In this document: positions 18,346 through 28,639 of the stretch, piece after piece
How the letters are laid out: the number at the start of each line of letters is the position of its first letter
Numbering within the stretch: the first letter of the stretch is position 1
Source of the DNA: Cyclobacteriaceae bacterium
Lineage (GTDB): Bacteria > Bacteroidota > Bacteroidia > Cytophagales > Cyclobacteriaceae
DNA: 55,567 nucleotides
Direction of reading: 5' to 3'
Assembly (NCBI GenBank): GCA_031423035.1
Contig: JANPES010000268.1
Span: 1 to 55,567, forward strand
Notes under the pieces: generated by a model
Told to the model about the DNA's origin: nothing
Seen by the model: the letters and a program-made list of their open reading frames with translations, nothing else
Databases searched by the model: none
Program-made: the position numbers and the translations under genes

Positions 18346-18855
18346 ATGTTTGAAGCCGCGAAGATACTTGAAAAAGCGAAACACTCCGCCTTCTGGCTGT
18401 GGGTGTTGAATCAGGCGCACCTGAGAATGGTACCATTCAATCTCCCACATAGGTTTCAGATAATGGAACTTTCGGATCATCATTTAAAAGCCCGAATTCC
18501 CTACCGACGGAGCAACTTCAACCACATACGCGGACTGCATGCGTGTGCCTTAGCTACCATTTCGGAGTTTGCCACCGGGTTCTTGTTGCTGTCCCGTCTG
18601 GACATAAAGAAGTACCGGCTAATTATGCAGCGCATTGAAATGGACTATCATTACCAGGGAAAGATGGATGCGTTTGCCGAATTCTCCACTAGCGATACGT
18701 GGTATCAAGACGAGATTATAGGTCCGTTGCAAACAAGCGAATCGGTGGTAGTCCCATGCATCGTTAAGATTCACGATGCGAAGGGAAACCACCTGACTAC
18801 GGGAAAGGTATTCTGGCAAATCAAAGATTGGACCAAGGTGAAGACCAAGGCTTGA
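18346..18855 (+). CDS. DUF4442 / hotdog-fold thioesterase-like protein
   Basis: NFNHIRGLHACALATISE motif typical of PaaI/YiiD-like hotdog folds. Confidence 0.75.
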   Translation: MFEAAKILEKAKHSAFWLWVLNQAHLRMVPFNLPHRFQIMELSDHHLKARIPYRRSNFNHIRGLHACALATISEFATGFLLLSRLDIKKYRLIMQRIEMDYHYQGKMDAFAEFSTSDTWYQDEIIGPLQTSESVVVPCIVKIHDAKGNHLTTGKVFWQIKDWTKVKTKA

Positions 18856-18912
18856 TGATCTTATGAATTAAATTAACTTTCGGTTTATTTTAAATGCAAA
18901 TAATTTCAGACC

Positions 18913-19389
18913 ATGCGTAAAATTGACCAGCTTTTGTCCGAATATGGAGAGAGTCACCAGAACGTCACAAACAAGACGATTCATTGGATTTGTGTTCCGC
19001 TGATATTTTTTAGTGTAGTCGGAATGGTCGCCGCTATTCCGTCGGGTATTGTGCAAACATTTCTGGGCGAAGGGAACCCCTATGCTAATTGGGCAACTGT
19101 TTTTCTCATCATTCTGCTGGCCTACTACGTTACCTTGTCTTTGCCGCTCGCCGTGGGCATGATGTTGTTCGGTGCGTTGTGCCTATTGATGACTCAACTC
19201 GTTGTTACTTCTGGCGCTCCACTGTGGGCAGCCAGTCTGACCATTTTTGTTCTTGCCTGGATTGGTCAGTTCTACGGACACAAAGTGGAGGGAAAGAAAC
19301 CATCATTTTTCAAAGACCTTCAGTTTCTCCTGATTGGTCCCGCATGGTTAATGCACTTTATCTATAAGAAACTCGGAATTCCTTACTAA
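18913..19389 (+). CDS. DUF962 / Mpo1-like membrane protein
   Basis: Y.ESHQN..N..IHWICVP and WIGQFYGHKVEGKKPSF motifs. Confidence 0.9.
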   Translation: MRKIDQLLSEYGESHQNVTNKTIHWICVPLIFFSVVGMVAAIPSGIVQTFLGEGNPYANWATVFLIILLAYYVTLSLPLAVGMMLFGALCLLMTQLVVTSGAPLWAASLTIFVLAWIGQFYGHKVEGKKPSFFKDLQFLLIGPAWLMHFIYKKLGIPY

Positions 19390-20325
19390 TTGGAAAAGGG
19401 GTATAGCGTTTCGACTGAAGTACCCGCCGGATTTTCTGCGGACTTTGAATATTTCCTGTTTGGCCAGGAGAAGCACCTGAAGTTGCAGTCTACGCAATGG
19501 GCCCACTACTACCTGCTGCGGAAACCCAATCAGAAGATAATGGCGCAGGTGGCCTTTCACATCACAGATCATGCTGCGCTTTCACCGCTGCGTGCACCGT
19601 TTGGCTCTTTTCTATTTTCAGAAAAATTATCACCCCAAGCCCTATACGAATTTGTTCATCAGGTGGAGCGATTGCTCGGCAGAGCAGGTGTCGCGATCAT
19701 TTCCCTCACCGAGCCGCCATTGTACTATCGGAAATCGGGAGAACTTCTCCATACGATCCTGATCAATCAGGGATTTCGAATTTCTAATGCTGAGCTGAGC
19801 TCAGGAATACGCATTGAGCGCATGGCATTCGAAGAAAAAATTGAGACCTGGGAAAGGCGAAAATTGAAGCAGGCTAAGCTGAAGGGATTGACTTTTAAGC
19901 TTCTCCCGTTGAGTGATCTGGCAGAGGTATACCATCTCATTTTGAAGTGCAGAGAACAGCGGGCGCATGCGCTCAGTATGACCTTGTCTGAACTCGAAGC
20001 AACAGTGAAAGCATTTAAAAACGAGTTTGTTCTGTCTGGTGCTTTCTTACATAAAGAATTAGTCTCTGCGTCAATCGCCATCCGGGTACATCGCGATATC
20101 TTGTATAACTTCTATTCCGGACACTTGAAAAAGTATGACGCCATAAGTCCCATGGTGACCTTATTGGGCGGGCTTTACCGGTATTGCGAGCATCAGAAAA
20201 TTCATTTACTCGATCTTGGGACTTCCGCGATTCACGGGCAGCCCAATTTCAGCCTTCTTGAATTCAAACTCCGGCTTGGCGCGGTTCCTTCCATCAAACT
20301 TACCTTTGAGAAACAAATTGCCTGA
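19390..20325 (+). CDS. GNAT-fold (FemAB-like) acyltransferase
   Basis: SP.RAPFG, LYNFY and LDLGTS....PN..L..FK..LGA motifs. TTG start directly after the upstream stop. Confidence 0.7.
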   Translation: MEKGYSVSTEVPAGFSADFEYFLFGQEKHLKLQSTQWAHYYLLRKPNQKIMAQVAFHITDHAALSPLRAPFGSFLFSEKLSPQALYEFVHQVERLLGRAGVAIISLTEPPLYYRKSGELLHTILINQGFRISNAELSSGIRIERMAFEEKIETWERRKLKQAKLKGLTFKLLPLSDLAEVYHLILKCREQRAHALSMTLSELEATVKAFKNEFVLSGAFLHKELVSASIAIRVHRDILYNFYSGHLKKYDAISPMVTLLGGLYRYCEHQKIHLLDLGTSAIHGQPNFSLLEFKLRLGAVPSIKLTFEKQIA

Positions 20326-21167
20326 TGCCTCCATTGGTCTCTGTCATTTGCCTGTGCTACAATCATGAGCGGTTTGTTAGGGATGCACTGCAATCGGTCA
20401 TCGATCAAACTTACTCACCTATTGAGTTAATTGTAGTTGATGATTTCAGTCGTGATCGCAGCGCTGAGATCATTCGCAATTTCGTGACTCATCATCCGGA
20501 GGTCACATTTATTCAGTTGCCAGCCAATATGGGGAATTGTCGCGCCTTCAACCGAGGGCTTGCGATAACTCAGGGTAAGTATATCATCGACCTTGCCGCT
20601 GACGATGTCCTGACTCAGAAGCGCGTGGAGCGTGGAGTTGCTGTATTCGAGTCAAACCCGGAAATTGGCGTTCAGTTTTCGGATGCGGAACTCATGGATG
20701 AAAATGGCCTCACCACCGGTTTTCATTCCGACAAATTTCCGCACATAACAATTCCTTCTGGAATGATCTTTTCAGACATACTCTCCCGATATTTTATAAA
20801 CAGCCCGACGATGATGATGCGAAAGTCCCTGCTGGATGAGCTGGGCGGGTATGATGAATCGCTGGCCTATGAGGACTTTGATTTCTGGGTCCGATCAACT
20901 CAGCGGACACAGTATAAGTATCTCCCTGATCCGCTCGTGAAAAGAAGGGTATTGACGTCCTCGATGGGCAGGCAACAGTATGATACAGGAGGCATTCAGC
21001 AACAGTCTACTTTTGTGATTTGCAAAAAGGCTTTAGCCCTTTGCAAGGAAAGAGAAGACTTCATTGCTTTGAAAAAACGAATCCGCTACGAATTTAGACG
21101 AGCAGTCGGGGTCGGGGCCTGGAGCCTTTCATGGAGGTATCTGAAACTTTGGAGCGCAGTGCCTTAA
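20325..21167 (+). CDS. Glycosyltransferase family 2
   Basis: VSVICLCYN, VVDDFSRD, AADD and YEDFDFW motifs. Confidence 0.93.
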   Translation: MPPLVSVICLCYNHERFVRDALQSVIDQTYSPIELIVVDDFSRDRSAEIIRNFVTHHPEVTFIQLPANMGNCRAFNRGLAITQGKYIIDLAADDVLTQKRVERGVAVFESNPEIGVQFSDAELMDENGLTTGFHSDKFPHITIPSGMIFSDILSRYFINSPTMMMRKSLLDELGGYDESLAYEDFDFWVRSTQRTQYKYLPDPLVKRRVLTSSMGRQQYDTGGIQQQSTFVICKKALALCKEREDFIALKKRIRYEFRRAVGVGAWSLSWRYLKLWSAVP

Positions 21168-22085
21168 TTACTTGCGATTGTCCCCACCAGAGACAATACT
21201 GAAGTAGCTGTCATACCGCGAAGGGAAAATCCGTCCGTCTTCGAGTGCCTGCAGGACAGCGCATTTTGGTTCGCTCAGGTGAAGGCAGCGCGAGCCAAAT
21301 TTACACTCTAGCCTCAGATCCCGCATTTCTGGAAAATAGTCTGATATTTCCTGTGGCTGCATCTCGGAAAGTCCCCACTCTTTGACGCCTGGCGTGTCGA
21401 TGACATACGTGGTGACATCTATCTGGAACATTTCGGCGAAGGTAGTGGTGTGGGTGCCTTTCTGGGTGGCGTTGGACACTTGGCTTACAGTTTGTTTAAG
21501 ATGTGGAAAGAGCCGGTTCAGTAGAGTTGATTTTCCAACACCAGAGTGCCCGGCAATCAGGGTGGTTTTGTTTTTCAATAGTTCTAGTAAGGGAAGCAGC
21601 GTCTCAATTGAAGTTGCTGAGATCAATTCTGTTGTAACACCAACTGAGCCGTACAAATTTTGAAGTTGATCGACATGCTCTCGCTCTTGGGGAGTCAGCA
21701 AGTCTTTTTTGTTGAAGATAAGGACCTGCGGAATTCGGAAGGACTCCGCGCTCACAAGAAATCTGTCGATGAAGCCCGTAGATGTCCTGGGCTGCTTGAT
21801 GGTTGCGATCAGAAGTACTTGGTCAACATTGGCTGCAAGGACGTGGCTGTGCCCCGTCTTCTTGACTGATTGCCGGAGAATATGATTGTCCCTGGGCTTT
21901 ACTTCACTGATCGAAGCATCTTTGTTATCGATAATAAGCTCGACGAGGTCGCCGACAGCCACCGGGTTTGTTTCTTTGACTTCGTCAAGCCTAAGTTTGC
22001 CTTGGAGCCTGGCCAGATAAACTTTCCGGTCTTCCCCCAGCACTTCATACCAGGACCCGGTCGATTTCAGTACGCGCCCTTCCAT
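21168..22085 (-). CDS. rsgA: Small ribosomal subunit biogenesis GTPase RsgA
   Basis: Circularly permuted GTPase (NKKD, GHSGVGKS, HTTT, DTPG) with CKF..C.H..EP.C zinc finger. Confidence 0.96.
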   Translation of the reverse strand: MEGRVLKSTGSWYEVLGEDRKVYLARLQGKLRLDEVKETNPVAVGDLVELIIDNKDASISEVKPRDNHILRQSVKKTGHSHVLAANVDQVLLIATIKQPRTSTGFIDRFLVSAESFRIPQVLIFNKKDLLTPQEREHVDQLQNLYGSVGVTTELISATSIETLLPLLELLKNKTTLIAGHSGVGKSTLLNRLFPHLKQTVSQVSNATQKGTHTTTFAEMFQIDVTTYVIDTPGVKEWGLSEMQPQEISDYFPEMRDLRLECKFGSRCLHLSEPKCAVLQALEDGRIFPSRYDSYFSIVSGGDNRK

Positions 22086-23335
22086 GCCTCAAGTGTTTGT
22101 TTGCAATAGGCAACGATGATTGCGGTAGCTCCCAGGTTTCTTTCAACGTATTCCTTTGTCGTGCTGCATGCCCGTTGATAGGAAGCATTTGTACCCGTAA
22201 TCATTTGAAACGTCTGATCGAGGTGGGCTGTATCGCTCACGGCAAAGGCACCGCCCAGGTTGATCAGGTCAGTGGCTTCCTGAAATTTGCCAATGGCCTT
22301 GTCGCCGAAAAATATTGGAATGCCATAGCATGCAGCTTCCAGGATATTATGAAGCCCCTCTTTGTATCCCCCGCCAACAAAAGCAAACTCACCATAGCGG
22401 TAGAGTTGGGTGAGTAAACCCATATGATCAACAAGAAGCACATCGGCATCTGCCACCTGACTCTCTTGGGTTTGTGAATAGCGAAGTGTGTTTCCCTTGA
22501 TTCCCTTTTCGATTGTACAAAGAAAGTGTTCTTCAATTTCGTGAGGGGCGATAATAAATTTCAGGGTGCCTATATTCTGGTTGATGAACGGAATGAGCAC
22601 AGCCATGTCGTTGGGCCAGGCACTGCCGATAACCATGACTTTTTTTCTACCCTTAAACTCAGCGGCGATCTTATTATTTTCATTTTGCTTAGCGATTTGC
22701 CTCACTCTGTCGAATCGGGTGTCTCCTGCAAGTGTTGAAGAAATACCGATGGTGTTGAGCAAATCAACCGACTCTTGATTTTGCACAAAGAAAAAACTGA
22801 AATTTCGGAGAATGCTCCGGAAGAAGGACACGAGTGGCTTGAAATAGATTTGGTCAGGACGGAAAATTGCCGAGATGGAAATTAAGGGAATGTTGTGCTC
22901 TTTAAGTGCGCGGCTGTAGTGGTACCAGAATTCATATTTTACAAAAATGGCAAGTGCTGGCCGAATAGTCTTGGCGAACCACTGGGCGTTTGAGTGAGTG
23001 TCCCACGGAAGGTAAAAGACGTGGTCTGCGTATGTATAGTCTTTTCGCACCTCGTAGCCAGAAGGGGAGAAGAAGGTAAGTAACACCCGGATTTCAGGGC
23101 GCCATGACTTCATGGCCTCGATGACTGGCCGGGCTTGTTCGAATTCACCCAGGGAGGAGCAGTGAAACCATATCAAGGGTGTGCCGGGAGCGGACAACGG
23201 GAAAGCACCTTTTAAGGCGTCGATCTGGTCGTGGCGGCCTTTTCGAAAAGCTGCCGCCTTGGGATTGAACCATGCGGCCGAACGATAAACCGCGCGTAGC
23301 AATGAAATTCCAATGTTATAAACGAGTTCAGCCAT
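22067..23335 (-). CDS. waaA: 3-deoxy-D-manno-octulosonic acid (Kdo) transferase
   Basis: WFHCSSLGE, YLPWD, GDTRFD, APH and FVGGG..LHNILEAA motifs. Confidence 0.93.
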   Translation of the reverse strand: MAELVYNIGISLLRAVYRSAAWFNPKAAAFRKGRHDQIDALKGAFPLSAPGTPLIWFHCSSLGEFEQARPVIEAMKSWRPEIRVLLTFFSPSGYEVRKDYTYADHVFYLPWDTHSNAQWFAKTIRPALAIFVKYEFWYHYSRALKEHNIPLISISAIFRPDQIYFKPLVSFFRSILRNFSFFFVQNQESVDLLNTIGISSTLAGDTRFDRVRQIAKQNENNKIAAEFKGRKKVMVIGSAWPNDMAVLIPFINQNIGTLKFIIAPHEIEEHFLCTIEKGIKGNTLRYSQTQESQVADADVLLVDHMGLLTQLYRYGEFAFVGGGYKEGLHNILEAACYGIPIFFGDKAIGKFQEATDLINLGGAFAVSDTAHLDQTFQMITGTNASYQRACSTTKEYVERNLGATAIIVAYCKQTLEAWKGAY

Positions 23336-23449
23336 GGGATTATGGCCCTAAAGATAGAGCTTCAGCGTGTTACCCGTAAGGGTGCCTTGCAGGTGATTTT
23401 CCTGTTTATTTGTCATTTGACTATATTTAAGAAACAATTTACCCTAACC

Positions 23450-24466
23450 ATGAAAAAATACATCTCCCTTATCGTTTGCGTGTCCGCCATGTTTGTGACC
23501 AGCAGGACCATGGGACAAGCCGACTTGAATGATTTATTGAAAGGCAGCCAGGCGGATGCCAATTATTTGGCCCAAGGATACCTGACGCCTGTGTTGAATG
23601 CTATTGGCAGCGGCCTTAATCAGGGCTGGTACAATACGGCGGGGACGCATAAGAAGTTCGGATTCGATTTGACGATTTCTGTCAGTTCGATTCAGTTTCC
23701 ATCGGAGGACTTATTTTATGCGGTGGATAACTCCAAGCTGCAAACAATGAATATTGATAATCCCGTCAATGGACCCCCCAGTGGAATGGCTCCAACGTTT
23801 ATAGGTCCGGATCCTGCTCCGACCTATATCTACAAGGACCCTATAACACAAACTCCCATTTCAGGAACAGAATTTCAGGGCCCTCCCGGCATAGACATTC
23901 AGAGCGTTCCTTTGGGTGGGCTACCTCTTCCCATGGTTAACCTTGGTATAGGAATACCAGTAGTAGGAGATGTCAAAATACGCTGGGCATCGGTAAGCTC
24001 AGATGCTGGGGCAAAAGTCAATCTGTTGGGATTTGCTGTCCAGCATGATATCAAGCAGCATATTCCGGGTCTCAAGGAGGTGCCCTTTGATTTGTCTGCG
24101 CTTATCGGATATACTTCATTCAGCTCGGAGGTAGGATTTGATTCCAGTAATCCTAGCCAGGTTGGTAAGGCTGACTTCAGTGCAACAACGATCCAGGGCT
24201 TGATTGGCAAGAAGTTTTCGGTTCTTACAGTTTATGGTGGAGTGGGTTACAATTTTTCAAGCGGCTCGTTCAAGGCAGTTGGCTCTTATCCAGACGCAAC
24301 TACAGGAATTACATTGACGGATCCGGTTAGTATTTCTTCAAGTGTTTCCGGCCCCCGGATTACCGGCGGGCTGCGTTTGAAGCTAGCCATCTTCACCCTC
24401 CATGGTGATTACACCTTCCAGCGTTACAACACGATCACCCTTGGATTCGGTATCGCAGTAAGATAA
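23450..24466 (+). CDS. Putative outer-membrane beta-barrel protein (DUF6588-like)
   Basis: Signal peptide, GLNQGWYNTA..HKKFGFD motif and terminal amphipathic strands. ATG 23450. Confidence 0.7.
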   Translation: MKKYISLIVCVSAMFVTSRTMGQADLNDLLKGSQADANYLAQGYLTPVLNAIGSGLNQGWYNTAGTHKKFGFDLTISVSSIQFPSEDLFYAVDNSKLQTMNIDNPVNGPPSGMAPTFIGPDPAPTYIYKDPITQTPISGTEFQGPPGIDIQSVPLGGLPLPMVNLGIGIPVVGDVKIRWASVSSDAGAKVNLLGFAVQHDIKQHIPGLKEVPFDLSALIGYTSFSSEVGFDSSNPSQVGKADFSATTIQGLIGKKFSVLTVYGGVGYNFSSGSFKAVGSYPDATTGITLTDPVSISSSVSGPRITGGLRLKLAIFTLHGDYTFQRYNTITLGFGIAVR

Positions 24467-24477
24467 CTTATAGCTGA

Positions 24478-24495
24478 TCGAAGACGATTCTTCGA
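24478..24495. terminator. Hairpin between convergent genes
   Basis: tcgaaga-cgat-tcttcga; no strong U-tract. Confidence 0.45.
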
Positions 24496-24504
24496 AAGCC
24501 CTCG

Positions 24505-25278
24505 TTACCTTCCCAGGAACGAGGACTTTCTCTTTTCTACAAAGGCCTTCATCCCTTCCTTCTGATCGGCGCTGGCGAACGTCAGGTAGAAATTCTTGCG
24601 CTCAAACATCAGGCCTTCATCCAGCAACGTTTCAAACGAACGGTTCACGGCTTCTTTCGCTAGCTGCACAGCTATGGGTGACATTTGCGCAATCTCTTTG
24701 GCTAGTCCAATGGCCTCTGTGAGATAAAATTCCACTGGCACCACCTTGATCACAAGTCCATAGAAGTGAGCCTCTTCGGCGGAGAGAAATCTTCCAGTAA
24801 GAATGAGCTCCATTGCTTTGGCTTTGCCTAGCGCTTTGGTTAGCCGCTGTGTTCCACCCGCCCCGGGTATTGTTCCTAATTTGATCTCAGGTTGTCCAAA
24901 CTTCGCAGTCTCCGAGGCAATAATCATATCACACGTCATGGCAAATTCGCAACCCCCGCCCAGAGCAAAGCCGGAAACGGCAGCGATGATCGGTTTCTTT
25001 GTTTTTCTGATTTGATCCCAGGTGCTGAATTGGTCCAGGAGCAACATATCGATAGCACTCTTGTCAGCCATTTGTTTTATGTCTGCGCCTGCGGCGAAGG
25101 CCTGCTCATTGCCCGTAATGATTATCACGCGAACCTGCTCGTTACGGTCCAACTCGGCGAGTGAGTCACGCACTTCCTGCATAAGCTGGGGATTCAGGGC
25201 GTTGAGCTCTTTGGGACGATTCAGCTCGATAAGAGCAATAAAAGGAGCCACCTGGGGATTTACTTTGATTAGTTCCAT
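24505..25278 (-). CDS. Enoyl-CoA hydratase (PaaF-like)
   Basis: FAAGADI, ALGGGCE and FGQPEI..G.IPGAGGTQRL motifs. Confidence 0.93.
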   Translation of the reverse strand: MELIKVNPQVAPFIALIELNRPKELNALNPQLMQEVRDSLAELDRNEQVRVIIITGNEQAFAAGADIKQMADKSAIDMLLLDQFSTWDQIRKTKKPIIAAVSGFALGGGCEFAMTCDMIIASETAKFGQPEIKLGTIPGAGGTQRLTKALGKAKAMELILTGRFLSAEEAHFYGLVIKVVPVEFYLTEAIGLAKEIAQMSPIAVQLAKEAVNRSFETLLDEGLMFERKNFYLTFASADQKEGMKAFVEKRKSSFLGR

Positions 25279-25376
25279 AAAGAAGAATTTGGTCCGTAAA
25301 TCTAATAATCGCTGGATGAAAAGATAGAACTGATTTTACCCGCTCTCTTTACAGCTGGCATGTGCGTGGGGATTGT

Positions 25377-25384
25377 TATTTTTG
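25377..25384 (+). promoter_or_regulatory. -7 promoter element
   Basis: TATTTTTG, 17 nt before ATG 25402. Confidence 0.55.
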
Positions 25385-25401
25385 GGCCTTATTTCGATTG
25401 G

Positions 25402-25869
25402 ATGCGGATACTTTTTGTTTGCCTGGGTAATATTTGCCGGTCGCCATTGGCGGAAGCCCTATTTGTCCATAAGGTCTCGGCCCTCGGCCACGCGAACCTT
25501 TTCCACGCTGATTCCTGCGGGACCGGTGACTACAACCTGGGCAGCTCGCCCGATTATCGGACGGTAAGAAATGCGCGGAAAAATGGCGTGGAGATGGAGC
25601 ACATTGCCAGGCAGTTGTCACGCTCCGATTTCGAGCGTTTTGACAACATTCTCGTGATGGACAACAACAACTTGCGGCATGCCCTGGCGATGAGTGACCC
25701 CAAGCATCATGCCAAGATCGCCCTCATGCGGTCATTTGATCCCTTGGGGCAGGGAGATGTGCCCGATCCATACTATGGAGGTGAAACGGACTTTCAAAAG
25801 GTCTTTGAAATCCTGGATCGGTCTGTTGAAGCGCTGGTAAACCAACACTTAGGCCAATCTCCGGGTTAG
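25402..25869 (+). CDS. Low-molecular-weight protein-tyrosine phosphatase
   Basis: P-loop VCLGNICRS and DPYY. Confidence 0.95.
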   Translation: MRILFVCLGNICRSPLAEALFVHKVSALGHANLFHADSCGTGDYNLGSSPDYRTVRNARKNGVEMEHIARQLSRSDFERFDNILVMDNNNLRHALAMSDPKHHAKIALMRSFDPLGQGDVPDPYYGGETDFQKVFEILDRSVEALVNQHLGQSPG

Positions 25870-27122
25870 CTTTTTATAAGTACTTGGAGTGTAGACCGCG
25901 ATGATTGCTCAAGGATCAGACCTTTGCTGCCGCGATATTTACGGTAGGTTGCTTCATCATAGTTTTTCACGGTGATCAAGGTAAGCCCGGTGTTGTAGTA
26001 CACCTCGAAGTGTTCCGAAAGAATTTTAATTAGCTGCAGTACGTTGCCTTCCCGGAAGTCCACACAGAAGGAGAATGAGATAGCTGAATTTTGCATCACA
26101 TTGATTTTCAGATTCTGCTCGGATAGGGCATGAAAGATCAGGCTAAGCTGGTGCTCATCGATGAATGTATAATCGGTCACGGAACAAGAGATCAGGCATT
26201 GATCTTCCTTGAAAATGATCAGCGGTGGCAGTCTTTCTATTTTTGTTTCATGAATACGGGTTCCCGGAAGTGTTGGATCATCAAAATTCTTGACCAACAG
26301 CGGGATATTGCGATTGGCCAGCGGCTTGATGGTCTTTGGGTGAATAACAGAAGCGCCATAGTAGGTCATCTCCGCAGCTTCGCGGAAGGGTAACTCTTGA
26401 AAAGCAACGGCTTCGGGAATCCGTTTCGGATCGGCGTTCATCACACCCGGAACATCTTTCCAGATGGTAACGCTGACCGCATGAAGACAGGATCCAAAAA
26501 TGGCCGCGGTATAATCTGAACCTTCCCGACCCAGAGTTGTCGTGTATCCATGTTGATTTCCGCCAATAAATCCTTGCGTTACAATTATATGCTCTTGCAG
26601 GCGTGGCGCTAAGGCCTGGATTTTCTTTTCCGTGGTATCCCAATCCACTTTTCCTTCCCGGTAGGTTGCATCTGTTCGAATAAATTCCCGGGCATCGATC
26701 CATGCCGAACGAAGGCCAACATGCTGCAGGAAGTCCGCCACGATCCGGGACGAGATAATTTCACCCTGGGAGACCACCTGATCGTACAGCTGGTCTGGTG
26801 TGAGCATGGGAATCATTCTGGTGGAGAGCCCGTTGAATTCGTTTTCTATGGTTTTCCAAATCGTGTGGCTAGGGGGAAAGAGATCTTTCAGTATCTGAAC
26901 ATGGTATTGCCGGACCGTTTCAATTTCAGCCTGGAAATTCTTGCCTGACTGGTATGCGCTCACTACCCGCTCCAACGCGTTTGTTGTTTTTCCCATAGCT
27001 GAGATAACGACCAGTAGTTGCTTATCCTGATAGGGCCGCACGATATCGGCTACATTTTGTATCGCCTTTGCATGACGTACTGAAGCGCCTCCGAATTTGA
27101 ATACATGAAACGGATATTTCAT
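25866..27122 (-). CDS. lysC: Aspartate kinase
   Basis: FKFGGASV, SAMGKTTN, TTLGREGSDY, DVPG...ADP and VIHPKT motifs. Confidence 0.93.
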   Translation of the reverse strand: MKYPFHVFKFGGASVRHAKAIQNVADIVRPYQDKQLLVVISAMGKTTNALERVVSAYQSGKNFQAEIETVRQYHVQILKDLFPPSHTIWKTIENEFNGLSTRMIPMLTPDQLYDQVVSQGEIISSRIVADFLQHVGLRSAWIDAREFIRTDATYREGKVDWDTTEKKIQALAPRLQEHIIVTQGFIGGNQHGYTTTLGREGSDYTAAIFGSCLHAVSVTIWKDVPGVMNADPKRIPEAVAFQELPFREAAEMTYYGASVIHPKTIKPLANRNIPLLVKNFDDPTLPGTRIHETKIERLPPLIIFKEDQCLISCSVTDYTFIDEHQLSLIFHALSEQNLKINVMQNSAISFSFCVDFREGNVLQLIKILSEHFEVYYNTGLTLITVKNYDEATYRKYRGSKGLILEQSSRSTLQVLIKS

Positions 27123-27198
27123 ACTTTTCAGGTTGAATAGCAGCAATTCTACAGTAACTTTAAAGTACCACTAATCTCATTGCGAATTACTCAAATTT

Positions 27199-28188
27199 AT
27201 GGAAGAATCACGCATTGCACACTCTATTGGTATTACCCTCGACCGGTTCATCAAGAATAATCAGGAGCAGTTTCAGTATGCGAGTGGTGAGTTGTCACAA
27301 CTGCTCCGTGATATCGCTTTAGCATCCAAGGTAGTTAACCGGGAGGTGAACAAAGCAGGGTTGATCGACATCATGGGGGCGATGGGATCACAGAATGCCA
27401 CAGGTGAGAACCAGCAAAAACTGGACGTGCTGGCGAATATTCGGTTTACCCGGGCGTTGACAAAGGGCGGCGAAGTCTGTGCATTGATTTCAGAGGAGAC
27501 AGAGTCTTTTGTTGACCTTAGTAATGATGGAAAGTATGTTATTGCCATTGACCCACTCGATGGCTCGTCCAATATCGACGTCAACGTTTCTATAGGCACC
27601 ATTTTTTCAATCTATCGGCGTCGCAGCCCGGCAGGTACACCTATCCAGCAGCAAGACATCTTGCAAAAGGGAACCGAACAGGTGGCATCTGGATATATTC
27701 TTTACGGCTCTTCAACTATGCTTGTCTATACCACGGGACATGGGGTCAATGGATTCACATACGAGCACTCTCTCGGTGAGTATTTTCTATCCCATCCGGA
27801 CTTGAAGATGCCTGAGGATGGCAAGATATTTTCCATCAATGAAGGACAATCTCGGTCGTTTGCCCCGGCAGTGACCAAGTATCTGGACTATTGCAAAGAA
27901 AACAGCTTTACAGCAAGGTACATTGGGTCACTCGTCGCGGATTTTCACCGCAACATGCTGAAGGGCGGCATCTATATCTACCCAGCTACCGGGAAAGACA
28001 AGAATGGGAAGTTACGCCTGATGTATGAGTGCAATGCGCTTGCCTTCATCGCCGAACAAGCAGGTGGCCTCGCAATCGATGGGAAGAACCGGATTATGGA
28101 AATTGACCCCACAGCACTTCATCAGCGCGTTCCATTTTATGTAGGGTCAAGAAAAATGGTGGAGAAGGCCGCTAGCTTTCTGGGCTAG
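27199..28188 (+). CDS. fbp: Class 1 fructose-1,6-bisphosphatase
   Basis: [20 protein letters not shown] and GKLRLMYE motifs. Confidence 0.97.
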   Translation: MEESRIAHSIGITLDRFIKNNQEQFQYASGELSQLLRDIALASKVVNREVNKAGLIDIMGAMGSQNATGENQQKLDVLANIRFTRALTKGGEVCALISEETESFVDLSNDGKYVIAIDPLDGSSNIDVNVSIGTIFSIYRRRSPAGTPIQQQDILQKGTEQVASGYILYGSSTMLVYTTGHGVNGFTYEHSLGEYFLSHPDLKMPEDGKIFSINEGQSRSFAPAVTKYLDYCKENSFTARYIGSLVADFHRNMLKGGIYIYPATGKDKNGKLRLMYECNALAFIAEQAGGLAIDGKNRIMEIDPTALHQRVPFYVGSRKMVEKAASFLG

Positions 28189-28607
28189 CCTTTAGCTTTT
28201 TCGGCAGGTGGTTCAGCGAGAATTTCAGGCGCAACGTTTCGGATCACCTCGTACCATTTCACCAGTTTCTTAATATCTGAAACGTAGACACGGTCCTCAT
28301 CATATAAAGGCTCGACGGATTTCATAAACGCTTTCAGCTCCGAGGAGTCAGAGTTACCATCAACTCCCAAATCACCGTCAAAGTCTTTTTTGATTCTCCA
28401 CAGGATCTCGCCAAGTGGAGTAGTTCCTTCTTTGGTACGCACGTAAATGGATATTTCATCCAGCAGGGATATTTTGGCATTGGCACCAACCACCAATCTT
28501 GATTTTGCCGCATCCAGGGATTCCAGGATTACACTGTTCTTTCCGGGCTTTACAACCTTGTACAATCCGCCTTTGCCGGAGACACTTGCTAAGTCTTTTA
28601 ATTCCAT
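28185..28607 (-). CDS. DUF5606-like conserved Bacteroidota protein
   Basis: [10 protein letters not shown]..., L.EISIY and [16 protein letters not shown] motifs. Confidence 0.8.
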   Translation of the reverse strand: MELKDLASVSGKGGLYKVVKPGKNSVILESLDAAKSRLVVGANAKISLLDEISIYVRTKEGTTPLGEILWRIKKDFDGDLGVDGNSDSSELKAFMKSVEPLYDEDRVYVSDIKKLVKWYEVIRNVAPEILAEPPAEKAKG

Positions 28608-28639
28608 ACAGTAATTGGTTAGCGGAGTAAAATTAGAAA

